A stretch of DNA of 64,000 nucleotides from Dissulfurispiraceae bacterium (GTDB lineage Bacteria > Nitrospirota > Thermodesulfovibrionia > Thermodesulfovibrionales > Dissulfurispiraceae). Numbering within the stretch: the first letter of the stretch is position 1; each line of letters starts with the position of its first letter. The translations under genes were made by a program, and so were the position numbers. Below the pieces are notes generated by a model. That model was given only the letters and a program-made list of their open reading frames with translations. It was not told where the DNA came from and searched no databases. Of the stretch, positions 43,702 to 53,783 are shown piece after piece. The stretch covers positions 22,390 to 86,389 of the forward strand of contig DATIKF010000179.1 of the NCBI GenBank assembly GCA_035477855.1. The letters run 5' to 3'.

Positions 43702-45522
43702 CTATTTTCTGCACGCAATAAACAGTCTGCGGGCAATCACTGCGAGATCAAGAATAAGTACGACACGCCCGTCGCCGGTAATCGTCGCACCCAGGATTCC
43801 GCATTCCTCGGACTCGACACCGTTGATCATCTTGATGACGACCTCTTCCTGGCCGATGAGCTCATCTACCGCAATACAGAAGCGGCGGTCAGCTACCGAC
43901 GCAACAAGCACATAGCTGTTATCCTGTGCGACTGCGTTCCGGGAACGAACGCCGAGCACTTCCGACATGACAAAAAGCGGCAGGACTTTTCCGCGAATAG
44001 TCAGAACCTGCTGCCCGGCAACGTCTTTAATGTCGCTTCGCTTGACGCGCAACGTCTCCTCAATCATGGACTGAGGCAATGCGTAATGCTCCTGGCCAAT
44101 CCGGATCATCATCGCCTGAATGATAGCAAGCGTCAGCGGCAGGCTGATGCGGAAGGTGCTGCCGATATCCTTTTTTGTAACAACCTCAACATATCCGTTC
44201 AGCTTCGCGACATTCGTCTTGACGACATCCATGCCGACACCGCGGCCGCTCAGTTCCGTCGATACCGCCTTGGTTGAAAAGCCTGGAAGGAATATCAGAT
44301 CAATAGCCGATTCATCCGACATTTTCTCCGCTTCTTCTTCAGAGATGATGCCGTTTTTTATTGCCTTGCGCCTCACTGCGTCAACGTCGATCCCCCGGCC
44401 GTCATCGGTTACTTCAATAACAATCTGGGTTCCCTGCTGAGTCGCACTGATGATGATACGCCCATTGCGCCGCTTGCCCTTGACCTCGCGTTCGTCCATC
44501 GTCTCCAGTCCGTGGTCAATTGAGTTGCGGATAATGTGTACCATCGGATCGCCGATGTTTTCGATAACACTTTTGTCGACTTCGGTGTCCTCACCAAAGA
44601 TTTCCAGATCAATATCCTTATTCAGCTGGCGCGACATATCGCGCACCATGCGCGGAAACTTTGAAAAAACCTTTGATATAGGCTGCATACGGATTTTCAT
44701 GACCGCAAGCTGCAGGTCGGATGTGACGCGATCCAGAAAACTGGTCGTCTCCAGAAGTCCTTCGATATTCGGGTCTCCGCTGTAGGTCTGTTCAATTTTC
44801 ATTGAAAGGTTCAACAGCCTGTTTCTGGCAAGAACAGTCTCTCCCGCCAGATCCATCACCTTGTCAATCCTGGTTACATCAACCCGGAGCGTCTGAACGA
44901 CTTCCCTGTCCCTGCTCGTCTGCTGCACCTGATCTTCCGTGGCATCAGAAATGGTTTGCGGTTTTGGATGAGGAGCTGGTGGTGACGGCACGTCTTTCCT
45001 TGCTTCAACAACCACTGCTTCCTCAGGCGTTTCGGCAGATTCCCGACGTTTAGCCTGTGCGGCAGTGACCACGGTAACAGAGGCGGCTGGAGCCGGCATG
45101 GCCTGTTTTGCAGAAGGCAACGCCCCTGCATCCATCGGAGCATCCATTGCGGCATCCAGGCGGGACAGAAGCTCAGAAATATCCTCCTCAGCCCCGTCGC
45201 GGACCTTCACATGACCAATCAGGACACGAAGCATATCAACACTGGTGAGGATGACATCCATGAGCTCCCGTGACGGTGCAATGCCGTTGTCGCGCAGACG
45301 TTTCATAATGCTTTCAGCGCGGTGGGCAACATCAATAATCTGCTGGAATCCGAGGAATCCTGCAGCACCCTTGAGGGTGTGCATGCCCCTGAAGATCTCG
45401 TTCAGCATCTCTTTATCGTATCCCTTGGACTCCAGTTCCACAAATAAAGGATCGATGCGGTCGAGCGTCTCTTCCGCTTCCGTGACAAATTCCGATATTA
45501 TTTCATCCATTTCATCGGGCAT
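43702..45522 (-). CDS. cheA: Chemotaxis histidine kinase CheA (P1, linker, P3-P4-P5; no recognisable P2)
   Basis: 606 aa. Hpt His in FRGMHTLKGAAGFLG, HATPase (HIIRNSIDHGLE, DDGRGID, GRGVGMD), C-terminal CheW-like domain. Confidence 0.94.
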   Translation of the reverse strand: MPDEMDEIISEFVTEAEETLDRIDPLFVELESKGYDKEMLNEIFRGMHTLKGAAGFLGFQQIIDVAHRAESIMKRLRDNGIAPSRELMDVILTSVDMLRVLIGHVKVRDGAEEDISELLSRLDAAMDAPMDAGALPSAKQAMPAPAASVTVVTAAQAKRRESAETPEEAVVVEARKDVPSPPAPHPKPQTISDATEDQVQQTSRDREVVQTLRVDVTRIDKVMDLAGETVLARNRLLNLSMKIEQTYSGDPNIEGLLETTSFLDRVTSDLQLAVMKIRMQPISKVFSKFPRMVRDMSRQLNKDIDLEIFGEDTEVDKSVIENIGDPMVHIIRNSIDHGLETMDEREVKGKRRNGRIIISATQQGTQIVIEVTDDGRGIDVDAVRRKAIKNGIISEEEAEKMSDESAIDLIFLPGFSTKAVSTELSGRGVGMDVVKTNVAKLNGYVEVVTKKDIGSTFRISLPLTLAIIQAMMIRIGQEHYALPQSMIEETLRVKRSDIKDVAGQQVLTIRGKVLPLFVMSEVLGVRSRNAVAQDNSYVLVASVADRRFCIAVDELIGQEEVVIKMINGVESEECGILGATITGDGRVVLILDLAVIARRLFIACRK

Positions 45523-45523
45523 A

Positions 45524-45931
45524 TCAGCCTCCAGCTTTCAGTGACGGCTTCCTCTCCGCTATCTTCTCAAGCTTTTCCTTGAGGACTTCGGCAGTAAACG
45601 GTTTCACGACATAATTGTCAACCCCGGCCTTGATAGCTGCGATAACCTTCTCTTTTTCAGCCTCGGCAGTGACCATAAGAAACGGCACATCTTTCAGCGG
45701 AGGGGTCTCCGCACGAACAGCACGAAGAAGATCTATGCCTTCCATATTCGGCATGTTCCAGTCTGAAATAACCAGACCGTAGCCGCCTCCTTTCAGTTTG
45801 GACAGTGCGGCGACACCGTCCTCTGCTTCATCGATATTTTCGAATCCGAGTTGCTTCAGCAGGTTCTTGACAATACGGCGCATCGTCGGGAAATCATCAA
45901 CAACTATTACCTTAATCTTGAAATCAAACAC
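45524..45931 (-). CDS. cheY: Chemotaxis response regulator CheY
   Basis: 135 aa. [38 protein letters not shown]; closely E. coli-CheY-like. Confidence 0.9.
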   Translation of the reverse strand: MFDFKIKVIVVDDFPTMRRIVKNLLKQLGFENIDEAEDGVAALSKLKGGGYGLVISDWNMPNMEGIDLLRAVRAETPPLKDVPFLMVTAEAEKEKVIAAIKAGVDNYVVKPFTAEVLKEKLEKIAERKPSLKAGG

Positions 45932-46319
45932 CGGCTTCCCCTCCTTGTGAAAACATCTTTTTCAGAATCTTCTTGACGCTCGCCGATATTTGTTCCGCAT
46001 TCGCAGGCTTCACGAGGTAGTCATCAACGCCGGCTGCAGCAGCTCGCTTCTTTTCCTCTTCATCAGCCTCGGTCGTAACCATAAGAATCGGAACATGACC
46101 CAAACTCGCATCCGACTTCAGGGTTTTGGTCAGTTCAATGCCATCCATAAAGGGCATATTCATGTCGGTAACTACCAGATTGATGTTGTCGGTTCCCATC
46201 TTCTCAAGAGCATCGAGACCATTCTCAGCAGTGACAACCTCGTATCCCTTCCCCTTCAGATAAAGACTCAGGATCTTGCGTGTTGTCTTGTCGTCATCCA
46301 CAACAAGAATTCTCATCAT
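45924..46319 (-). CDS. Second single-domain CheY-like response regulator
   Basis: 131 aa. [32 protein letters not shown]. Overlaps cheY by 8 nt. Confidence 0.85.
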   Translation of the reverse strand: MMRILVVDDDKTTRKILSLYLKGKGYEVVTAENGLDALEKMGTDNINLVVTDMNMPFMDGIELTKTLKSDASLGHVPILMVTTEADEEEKKRAAAAGVDDYLVKPANAEQISASVKKILKKMFSQGGEAGV

Positions 46320-46350
46320 TCCACCCCTTCAGCAACCCTGTTCTGTATGA

Positions 46351-47181
46351 TTAAACTTTCTGGTAAATAACCACACGATTAATGACCGCCGGGCGGAACG
46401 CCCGGGTTATACTGTGCAGGCTCTCCGAAGTTCCTACAATAAGGGAGCCTCCGGGGCGGAGCGCATCGTAAATAAGTGCGAGAGTTTTCTGCTTCGCCTT
46501 TTCATCAAAATATATGAGCACATTGCGGCAGAAGATTACGTCAACCTCGCGAATGTTCCTGACCTCCCGGTCACTCATCAGATTTATCTTCAGAAAGCGG
46601 ACATTGGCCTTTACCGATTCAGCAAGCTTGTAGTTCTGATCGGTATTCGTAAAATACTTCGACATATACGCCGCCGGCACGTTTCTGATCGCATAGGAGC
46701 CATATACAGCGGCTTTCGCGGAAGCGAGCACCGATTCGCTGATGTCTGAGGCGAGAATTTCCTTACGGAATCCCGCTGCTTCAGAGCGTTCCATGAGCAT
46801 CATCGAAATGGTATACGGTTCCTCTCCGGTTGAACTCGCCGCGGACCAGATCCTGATATCTCGGCGGCCGGCTTTCGTGTTTTCCTCCATAATCTTTTTC
46901 AGAAGCTCTCCGCAAAGCACCTCAAACTGCTGCGGCTCGCGGAAAAAAAATGTTTCATTTGTCGTAACAAGCTCAAACAGTTTTATCAGTTCGTTTTTGT
47001 CCCCGCCGAACTTCAGCAGATAAAGGTATTCATCATACCCCTTGAGATTCTTTTCCTGAACGCGCCGTCCAAGTCGATTTTCGAGAAAATACTTTTTATT
47101 GTCAGGAATGAAAATACCGCTCTGCTCATAGATGTAGTCGCGAAGCTGCTTGAAGACATCGTCTGCCATTGGCGCCGTCAT
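46351..47181 (-). CDS. cheR: Chemotaxis protein methyltransferase
   Basis: 276 aa. TTNETFFFREPQQF, RIWSAASSTGEEPYT, DVIFCRNVLIYF. Confidence 0.92.
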   Translation of the reverse strand: MTAPMADDVFKQLRDYIYEQSGIFIPDNKKYFLENRLGRRVQEKNLKGYDEYLYLLKFGGDKNELIKLFELVTTNETFFFREPQQFEVLCGELLKKIMEENTKAGRRDIRIWSAASSTGEEPYTISMMLMERSEAAGFRKEILASDISESVLASAKAAVYGSYAIRNVPAAYMSKYFTNTDQNYKLAESVKANVRFLKINLMSDREVRNIREVDVIFCRNVLIYFDEKAKQKTLALIYDALRPGGSLIVGTSESLHSITRAFRPAVINRVVIYQKV

Positions 47182-49025
47182 AAGTACGAAAGCACCTCCT
47201 CAATTTTTGCGCGCACATCACCGTTCTTATTCTCTCGATGCTGAACCAGCAGCTCGTATGCCTCCTGGCCGCCAATCTCCCTTATGACATCAAGTGCAGA
47301 CATCACCACCGGAATGAAAGGGTCATCAAGAACAGCTTCCAGCTTTTGCAGTATGATTTCAGGCTCACATGCCTCGGCAATAGCCTTGACGGCATAAACC
47401 CGGACCCAGGGGTTTTCATCATTCAGAATCGCGAAAAGTTCCGCGGAGCAGCACTGGGCAACGCCCATGGCAACGACAGCAATTTTGCGGATTTCAGGAT
47501 CGGGGTCTCTGATAAACGACCTCAGGCGCTCAAGCGCCTCCGCTGTTGCAATGCGTCCCAGTCCTTTGATAGCAGCAAACTTCACATTCCGGTCTTCGTC
47601 ACCGGCCAGATTCAGCAGGATACCGACGTCAGCAATCCTTCCCGCCGCAATCGTGCGAACCCCCTTGCTGCAGGAAGAAAGACCGGCAACAAACTGTCCT
47701 GCATTTATCCTCAGAAGAGACTCGACAATCTTTTCGATAATGTCGGTGTATTTTTCGATACTCAGGAGGTGAAGCAAAGGCTGGAAGGCATCCATGGTCC
47801 CGATTTTTCCGAGCGCCTCAATGGCGCACTTGCGCACATGGGCATCAACGTCTTTCTGCGAGGTTTCCAGAAGAGGACCGATACTGGAGGCATCACCGAT
47901 ATCTCCAAGGGCTTCAGCAGAAGCGCGCCGCAGGTCGCGGCTCGTGGCGGAAAGACTGTCCATGATCACGGGAACCGCTTTTTTACTGCCGAGTTCTCCG
48001 AGAAGCTCAATGGCAAAGGCCTTTCCGCGGTATTTCATCTCCGGAAATGCAAGCAGTTTGAGTAGTTCAGATTCTGAGTCTATGGACAGTATCGTTCTGC
48101 TGATGACGGAATGTCGCTCTTCAGTATCAGGCATGGCCGGATCAAGAGCACCAACAAAATCCACCAGAAGCGGTACCGCACTCCTGGCGTTCAAAACCTC
48201 AATCCCCCGCAGGGCAATAAGCTTGTCTTCCCAGTCACCGTCCTTCAGCATGCGAATCAGATGCTCGGTCAGGCCGACCATTGCCGGAGTAATGCCAATC
48301 TGGACAATGCTCTTGACAATGGCGCTTCGCTCGTCACCCGACGCGCTGAAAAGATAAGAAATAAGTGTTTCGCTCACTTCAGGGGTGCCGATTTTGCCAA
48401 GCGTCTCGATTGCTGAAAAACGAACAACCTCCGACGGGCTCTTCAGCAACTCAACGATAAACGGAGCAGAAGCCCTGGCTTCAAGTTCACCAAGCGACTG
48501 CAACGCGTAAAAACAGACCCACTCCTCATCCTTGAGTGTTTCTTCCAGATAAGAAACGGCATCCGCATATCCAAGCTCTCCTACCGCCTTTGCAGCCGCC
48601 GCGCGAACGTTGGCGTTTTCATCTCTGAGCATGGGCAACAGGCGCTCGCACTGGACACTTTCCCTGATGTCACACATAAGATCAATTGCAAACTTGCGGA
48701 TATCAGGGTCTTTGTCCTCGAGAAGCACATACAAAAACGGCACCGTAACAGCGCCGAGGCGGGCAAGGATTATCAACGCAGTGTTGCGAAGATACGTTCC
48801 TTCGCGTAACAAGGGGAGTACCATATAAGCGGTCACTTCTCCGCCGATGGCAATAAGGGAGCGCATTGCCGCATCCTGCACTCCCGGATTCGGATCGCTC
48901 AATGCCTGAATGAGGGGATATATGGCGCGCTCATCACCGTCAGCCAGCTGCTCGGCCGCCTGACGCCGGACAGAAGGGTCCTGCGCCTGCAACTTTTGGA
49001 CGGCTTTTGGTAGATTTCTGGGCAT
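47178..49025 (-). CDS. HEAT/PBS-lyase-repeat protein, first gene of the che operon
   Basis: About 615 aa made almost entirely of units such as D..VR..AA.ALG.IG...A...L...L.D. ATGA overlap with cheR. Start moved to ATG 49025, which follows GGGAGGGG. Confidence 0.8.
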   Translation of the reverse strand: MPRNLPKAVQKLQAQDPSVRRQAAEQLADGDERAIYPLIQALSDPNPGVQDAAMRSLIAIGGEVTAYMVLPLLREGTYLRNTALIILARLGAVTVPFLYVLLEDKDPDIRKFAIDLMCDIRESVQCERLLPMLRDENANVRAAAAKAVGELGYADAVSYLEETLKDEEWVCFYALQSLGELEARASAPFIVELLKSPSEVVRFSAIETLGKIGTPEVSETLISYLFSASGDERSAIVKSIVQIGITPAMVGLTEHLIRMLKDGDWEDKLIALRGIEVLNARSAVPLLVDFVGALDPAMPDTEERHSVISRTILSIDSESELLKLLAFPEMKYRGKAFAIELLGELGSKKAVPVIMDSLSATSRDLRRASAEALGDIGDASSIGPLLETSQKDVDAHVRKCAIEALGKIGTMDAFQPLLHLLSIEKYTDIIEKIVESLLRINAGQFVAGLSSCSKGVRTIAAGRIADVGILLNLAGDEDRNVKFAAIKGLGRIATAEALERLRSFIRDPDPEIRKIAVVAMGVAQCCSAELFAILNDENPWVRVYAVKAIAEACEPEIILQKLEAVLDDPFIPVVMSALDVIREIGGQEAYELLVQHRENKNGDVRAKIEEVLSYL

Positions 49026-49094
49026 CTTCCCCTCCCGTAAGTACATAATGCGGTAATTATAGCTAATATCAGAAGAAATAACACAGCAGCCGGT

Positions 49095-49817
49095 TCAGGC
49101 CCGGAATGCGTCCATGGCGCTTCGAAGCTTTATCAAAGCCTTTCCGTGCAGCTGACAGACCCGGGATTCGGTAACGCCGAGCACCTTGCCTATTTCCTTC
49201 ATGGTGAGTTCTTCATAATAATATAAAGTAAGCACCATACGTTCTTTTTCGGGCAGCGCATCTATTGCATTGCCGAGTACGGTTTTTATTTGCTTGAGGT
49301 TTAACCGCTCGATCATGTCGGGATCATCGCGGTTCGTCAGACACTGAAGGATATCCAGATGCTCACCATCCTGGTTCACGCCGAGAGACTCGAGGCTGAT
49401 CATGTTCAGGGTATTGACGGTTGACCGGGTTTTATGCAATTCCTGCAGAGAAATGTCGAGCCGTTCGGCAACTTCTTCATCGGTAGCAGGTCGTTCATGT
49501 TCTTTCTGCAGATCGTCATGTGCGCGTCTGACTTCATCAAGCTTGCGCCGGACATCCTTGGACGCCCACTGCATGGTCCTGATTTCATCAATCATCGACC
49601 CGCGGATTCGAAAATCCGCAAAGGTGCTGAGCGAAGCATTCATGGCAGGATTAAAGCGTTCTATTGCTTCAAGCAGCCCAATAATGCCCGCTGAAACAAG
49701 GTCTTCGCTGCTCAAGCCGGCGGGCAGCGCAAAAGAATACTTGCCGGCGTAGTATTTTACGCGGGGAAGAAACTGACATACCAGATCGTCTTTCTGCTCC
49801 TGAGTAAGTGTCCACAC
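49095..49817 (-). CDS. fliA: Flagellar sigma factor FliA (sigma-28)
   Basis: 240 aa, GTG start. Region 2 (DLVSAGIIGLLEAIERFNP), region 4 HTH (LTMKEIGKVLGVTESRVCQLHGKAL). Confidence 0.9.
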   Translation of the reverse strand: MWTLTQEQKDDLVCQFLPRVKYYAGKYSFALPAGLSSEDLVSAGIIGLLEAIERFNPAMNASLSTFADFRIRGSMIDEIRTMQWASKDVRRKLDEVRRAHDDLQKEHERPATDEEVAERLDISLQELHKTRSTVNTLNMISLESLGVNQDGEHLDILQCLTNRDDPDMIERLNLKQIKTVLGNAIDALPEKERMVLTLYYYEELTMKEIGKVLGVTESRVCQLHGKALIKLRSAMDAFRA

Positions 49818-49848
49818 ATTAAAAGTCTACCATATCGCACGCAGCAGT

Positions 49849-50658
49849 TCATCCGACGCGGAGTGCGCGCCGCAGAAAGAACTGAAGGGTTCCGGTGGTT
49901 TCTCCCAACGGCTGTTCGATCAGGCGCTTCGCAATCTGTCCGAGTTTTTTTGCAAAAGGACTGTTCGGATGCATGACAATGTGGCTCTTCTGTGCAATGA
50001 TGGAGTCCTTTACATTCTGGTCATACGGCAGATAGCCCAGATAATCAATGGATTGATTCAGGAATTTGTCGGCCACCAGAGAAAGCTTGTTGAAAGTGTC
50101 AAACGCCTCTTTTTCGGATCGTGCCGTATTCACAATCAGCCTGAAGTAACGCGTGCGGAAATTATTTTTCAGCACCTTGATGAGAGCATAGGCATCAGCG
50201 ATCGAAGTCGGTTCCGGGGTCGCAATGACGATAACCTCCTGAGCAGCACTGCAGAAAAACAGGACGTTTTCGGAAATGCCCGCTCCCGTATCAATGAGAA
50301 ATATATCAAAGTCAACATCAAAGTCTTCCAGTTCGGTCACCAACTGCAAGCGCTGTTCCTCTGCAAGGCTCGTCAACTCACGAACACCGGAACCGGCAGG
50401 AATGATATTGATGCCCATCGGGCCGCTCACAACAATATCTTTCAGACGCTTCTGACCTGCAAGCACATGTCGCAGATTAAACTTTGGCGTTATTCCGAGC
50501 ATGACATCGATGTTGCTCAGGCCGACATCTGCATCCATAACCAGAACTTTTTTATTGATACTGGCATAAAAGAGCGCAAGATTAGCGACAAAATTGGTTT
50601 TACCGACACCTCCTTTGCCGCTGGAGACCGCCATGATTCTCGGCTGTTCAGTTGGCAC
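49849..50658 (-). CDS. flhG: Flagellar number/placement regulator FlhG (MinD-like ATPase)
   Basis: Deviant Walker A SGKGGVGKT. Follows flhF. Start placed at GTG 50658 (after GGGAGG) or possibly ATG 50634. The track's 50802 start lies inside flhF. Confidence 0.85.
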   Translation of the reverse strand: MPTEQPRIMAVSSGKGGVGKTNFVANLALFYASINKKVLVMDADVGLSNIDVMLGITPKFNLRHVLAGQKRLKDIVVSGPMGINIIPAGSGVRELTSLAEEQRLQLVTELEDFDVDFDIFLIDTGAGISENVLFFCSAAQEVIVIATPEPTSIADAYALIKVLKNNFRTRYFRLIVNTARSEKEAFDTFNKLSLVADKFLNQSIDYLGYLPYDQNVKDSIIAQKSHIVMHPNSPFAKKLGQIAKRLIEQPLGETTGTLQFFLRRALRVG

Positions 50659-51685
50659 AAGCACCTCCCACGATGAGACTGGCAATATAGTCCGGAGACG
50701 GCACCTGAATATCATCAGGCACTGAGGGGCCGCTGCTGATGAACGACAGCGGTCTGCCGCTGAGCAGGGAAAGATTGTAGAGTGAACCGTATTGAGCGGC
50801 AATGTCGAGTTTGGTAAAACCGATGGTATCGATCAGTTCGGTATGGCTATTCTGCCATATGCGTTCTGCCGCTTGCGTATTCATGGCCGCATCCATCAAT
50901 AAACAGCGCGTCAGGGGGAACCCTGACGAAAAAACATCCGCGATATCTCCCAACAATTTCTTGTAGTTGTACCCGGGAGTGTCAACAAGTACCGGCCCCC
51001 GTTCAATATCCCGGTAAATCATGCGGGGAAGATCGCTCACCTTGCACGTCACTTTCAAGTCGCACCCGAGTTCCTGCGATAGCTCCTTCATATGTGCAAA
51101 TGAACTGATGCGCTCTGAATCCAGCGATATCAGGCTGAGCCTTTTGTGTTTTTTCCGCAGTATATGCGCAATTTTTGAGAGCATAGTGGTCTTGCCGACG
51201 CCCGGAGTGCCCAGAAACAGAAATCCCCGCTCATCCGTCGGCGAAAAGTTCTGCACTTTCACATCCTGCGATATTGTGAATTTGATGCTCTCAACAGTGT
51301 GATTTGAGCGCTCAAGCAAAACAACAGCGAACTGCGGATCAACGCCATGCTTGACAAGGAGATTGTAGAGCCCTTTCTTCTCCTTGCCGACGCGGAGACC
51401 AGGCATGACGGATGTAAGCGTTTCTTTCAGGAACCCCATCTCTTCCCGCATGCTGCGCAGTTCACGAACCATCTCTTCCATCTCAGCAGAAGATGAACGT
51501 CCTGCTTCTCCATCGCCTGAATCTTCTGCGGCAGCAGTGACTTCTACCATCGGCTTATTCAGCAGACCGAATCCGGCACTCTTGATGCTCCTGCTCGACA
51601 GAATCATTGCGTGGTCACCAAGTTCCTGTTTGACCTGCTCAAGTGCTTCCTTGAAGCTGCCTCCCGTAAACTTCCTGATCATCAT
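50648..51685 (-). CDS. flhF: Flagellar biosynthesis SRP-type GTPase FlhF
   Basis: 345 aa. MIRKFTGGSFKEALEQVKQELGDHAMILS, GTPGVGKTT, LVDTPG, TKLD. Confidence 0.9.
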   Translation of the reverse strand: MMIRKFTGGSFKEALEQVKQELGDHAMILSSRSIKSAGFGLLNKPMVEVTAAAEDSGDGEAGRSSSAEMEEMVRELRSMREEMGFLKETLTSVMPGLRVGKEKKGLYNLLVKHGVDPQFAVVLLERSNHTVESIKFTISQDVKVQNFSPTDERGFLFLGTPGVGKTTMLSKIAHILRKKHKRLSLISLDSERISSFAHMKELSQELGCDLKVTCKVSDLPRMIYRDIERGPVLVDTPGYNYKKLLGDIADVFSSGFPLTRCLLMDAAMNTQAAERIWQNSHTELIDTIGFTKLDIAAQYGSLYNLSLLSGRPLSFISSGPSVPDDIQVPSPDYIASLIVGGACAN

Positions 51686-51719
51686 ACAGACATCCTCCTC
51701 CGCATACGCAATGCCGTCG

Positions 51720-53780
51720 TTAGTCGAGTCGTATCGTTCCGAGCGAGAGAATCTTCGTATTCGGCGCTATCTCGCTATTCGAAATAACCATAATGCTGTT
51801 GGAAATGCGGTCTGTCAGTCGTTTTACAAACCGGCGAATTGTCTGTGAACAAAGCAGCACCGGCTGATAGCCCCGTGCTATTCCCTCTTCAAAGTTTTTC
51901 TTTATGCGCTCTGCAAGGCGATCCGCGGTCATCGGATCCAGAGATAAATAGGTCATTCCCTGCGGGGTCGCCTGAATCGACTCGACAATCAGGCGCTCGA
52001 TTTTCGGATCCATCAGCAGCACCGACACGGAGCCGTCATAATTCTGAACCTGACGGGTGATACTGCGCGCCAGTGCCTGCCGCACATACTCGGTGAGCAC
52101 CTCGGGATCCTTCGTTACTGCAGCATAATCGGAAAGCGATTCCAGAATGGTCTGGAGATCCCGAATCGAAACGCGTTCCTTGAGCAGGTTCTGCAAGACC
52201 CGCTGCACGACGCTCAGCGTTGCGACGGACGGCACCAGGTCATCAACCACCTTTGGATGCGTCTTGGTGAGATTATCAAGCAAGCGCTGAACATCCTGTT
52301 TGCCGAGCAACTCAGCCGCATTATTCTTGAGGATCTCCGTCATATGCGTTGTAATGACCGACGGAGCGTCAACCACCGTATACCCGGCAACCTGGGCGCG
52401 TTCCATATCTCTTTCATCAATCCAGATTGCCTCCAGCCCGAACGCGGGATCTTTGGAACGGACACCATCGATCTGCTCAGCTTCGGTTCCCGGTGTAATG
52501 GCAAGATATTTGTTGAGCATGACTTCGCCGGATGCAACCTCAACTCCCTTGATAAGCACAGAGTATCCCGTCGGCTTCAGCGTAAGGTTATCCTTGATAT
52601 GGACCGGCGGGACAATGAATCCCATATCCGTTACCATCTGCTTACGGATTGCCTTGATGCGTGCAAGCAGCGGTCCGCCTTCTTCCACGAGCGGTATGAG
52701 CCCGTACCCGATTTCAAGCGATATCGGGTCGATAGGCAAAAGCGATTCGAGCATCTCCATCGGCTTCGCACTCTCAGCAGTCTCCGTTCCCGCAGTCGCC
52801 GCAGCACGTGATTCCTTTTGCTCCGCGCGGGACAGGTAATATGCTGCGGCACCTGCCAGTGCCGCAAGCGTCAGGAACGGAAGGTGCGGCAGGCCGGGAA
52901 TCAGACCAAGCAGTCCAAGAATGCCGGCCGCTGTGCCGAGTGCTTTCGGATTGAGTACGATCTGTTTGATTATGTCTTCACCCAGATTCGCTTCTGAAGC
53001 GGCGCGGGTCACAATCAGGCCGGATGCCGTAGATATAATCAGAGCCGGAATCTGCGCAACCAGGCCCTCACCGACCGTCAGAATCGTATACGTGGTAACG
53101 GCGTCAGTCACTGACATGCCCCTCTGAAACACTCCTATCAAGAAGCCGCCGATGATGTTCACCGCCATAATCACAATCGCCGCAATCGCGTCACCGCGAA
53201 CAAACTTGCTTGCACCGTCCATGGCGCCGTAAAAGTCTGCTTCACGGCTAATCTCCAGGCGCCGGCGGCGAGCCTCTTTATCGTCTATGAGACCGGCATT
53301 CAGGTCAGCATCGATGCTCATCTGCTTTCCGGGCATCGCATCGAGGGTAAAGCGTGCGGACACTTCGGCAATGCGGCCCGCCCCTTTTGTGATAACAACA
53401 AAATTAATGATTACGAGAATCAAAAATACAATAAAACCAACGACAAAGTTTCCGCCAATGACAAACTCACCAAAAGCCTTGATGACCTTGCCGGCCGCAT
53501 CGGTACCCGTATCGCCGTGCATCAGGACAAGGCGCGTTGCCGCAATATTCAGCGACAGACGAAGAAGCGTTGTTATCAGCAGCACCGACGGGAATACCGA
53601 AAAATCGAGCGGTTTCTTTGTATACGCCGCAACCAGTATCACGACAATAGAAGTCGTTATACTGAACGACAACGCAAGGTCAAGCAGAAACGGCGGCATC
53701 GGGACAATCATAAAGATGAGAATTAAGACGATACCGATTGCAAGAACCAAGTCACTCTGTCTCAGCAGACGTTCCATCAT
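51720..53780 (-). CDS. flhA: Flagellar export apparatus protein FlhA
   Basis: 686 aa. FPSVLLITTLLRLSLNIAATRLVL, GAMDGASKFVRGDAIA. Confidence 0.97.
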   Translation of the reverse strand: MMERLLRQSDLVLAIGIVLILIFMIVPMPPFLLDLALSFSITTSIVVILVAAYTKKPLDFSVFPSVLLITTLLRLSLNIAATRLVLMHGDTGTDAAGKVIKAFGEFVIGGNFVVGFIVFLILVIINFVVITKGAGRIAEVSARFTLDAMPGKQMSIDADLNAGLIDDKEARRRRLEISREADFYGAMDGASKFVRGDAIAAIVIMAVNIIGGFLIGVFQRGMSVTDAVTTYTILTVGEGLVAQIPALIISTASGLIVTRAASEANLGEDIIKQIVLNPKALGTAAGILGLLGLIPGLPHLPFLTLAALAGAAAYYLSRAEQKESRAAATAGTETAESAKPMEMLESLLPIDPISLEIGYGLIPLVEEGGPLLARIKAIRKQMVTDMGFIVPPVHIKDNLTLKPTGYSVLIKGVEVASGEVMLNKYLAITPGTEAEQIDGVRSKDPAFGLEAIWIDERDMERAQVAGYTVVDAPSVITTHMTEILKNNAAELLGKQDVQRLLDNLTKTHPKVVDDLVPSVATLSVVQRVLQNLLKERVSIRDLQTILESLSDYAAVTKDPEVLTEYVRQALARSITRQVQNYDGSVSVLLMDPKIERLIVESIQATPQGMTYLSLDPMTADRLAERIKKNFEEGIARGYQPVLLCSQTIRRFVKRLTDRISNSIMVISNSEIAPNTKILSLGTIRLD

Positions 53781-53783
53781 GGC

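Noticed and set aside
42858-43721. 287-aa plus-strand ORF.
   Set aside because: It is antisense to the CheW-CheZ gene, has no motif, and is a shadow ORF.
47238-48065. 275-aa plus-strand ORF; also 47794..48357.
   Set aside because: Both are antisense to the HEAT-repeat gene. The repetitive GC-rich third positions of that gene keep the opposite frames open.
49969-50676. 235-aa plus-strand ORF.
   Set aside because: It is antisense to flhG and is a shadow ORF.
50659-50802. Long N-terminal extension of flhG. The same applies to the track starts of pilY1 (6159), greA (30315), flgI (37062), flgF (40056), the CheW-CheZ gene (43736), the HEAT gene (49046), fliQ (55907), fliL (58903), fliK (61981), the ylxF-like gene (63003) and mlaC (23400).
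   Set aside because: The extensions overlap the preceding gene or lack an RBS. In each case an internal ATG or GTG preceded by a GGAGG-like sequence gives an N-terminus matching the family.
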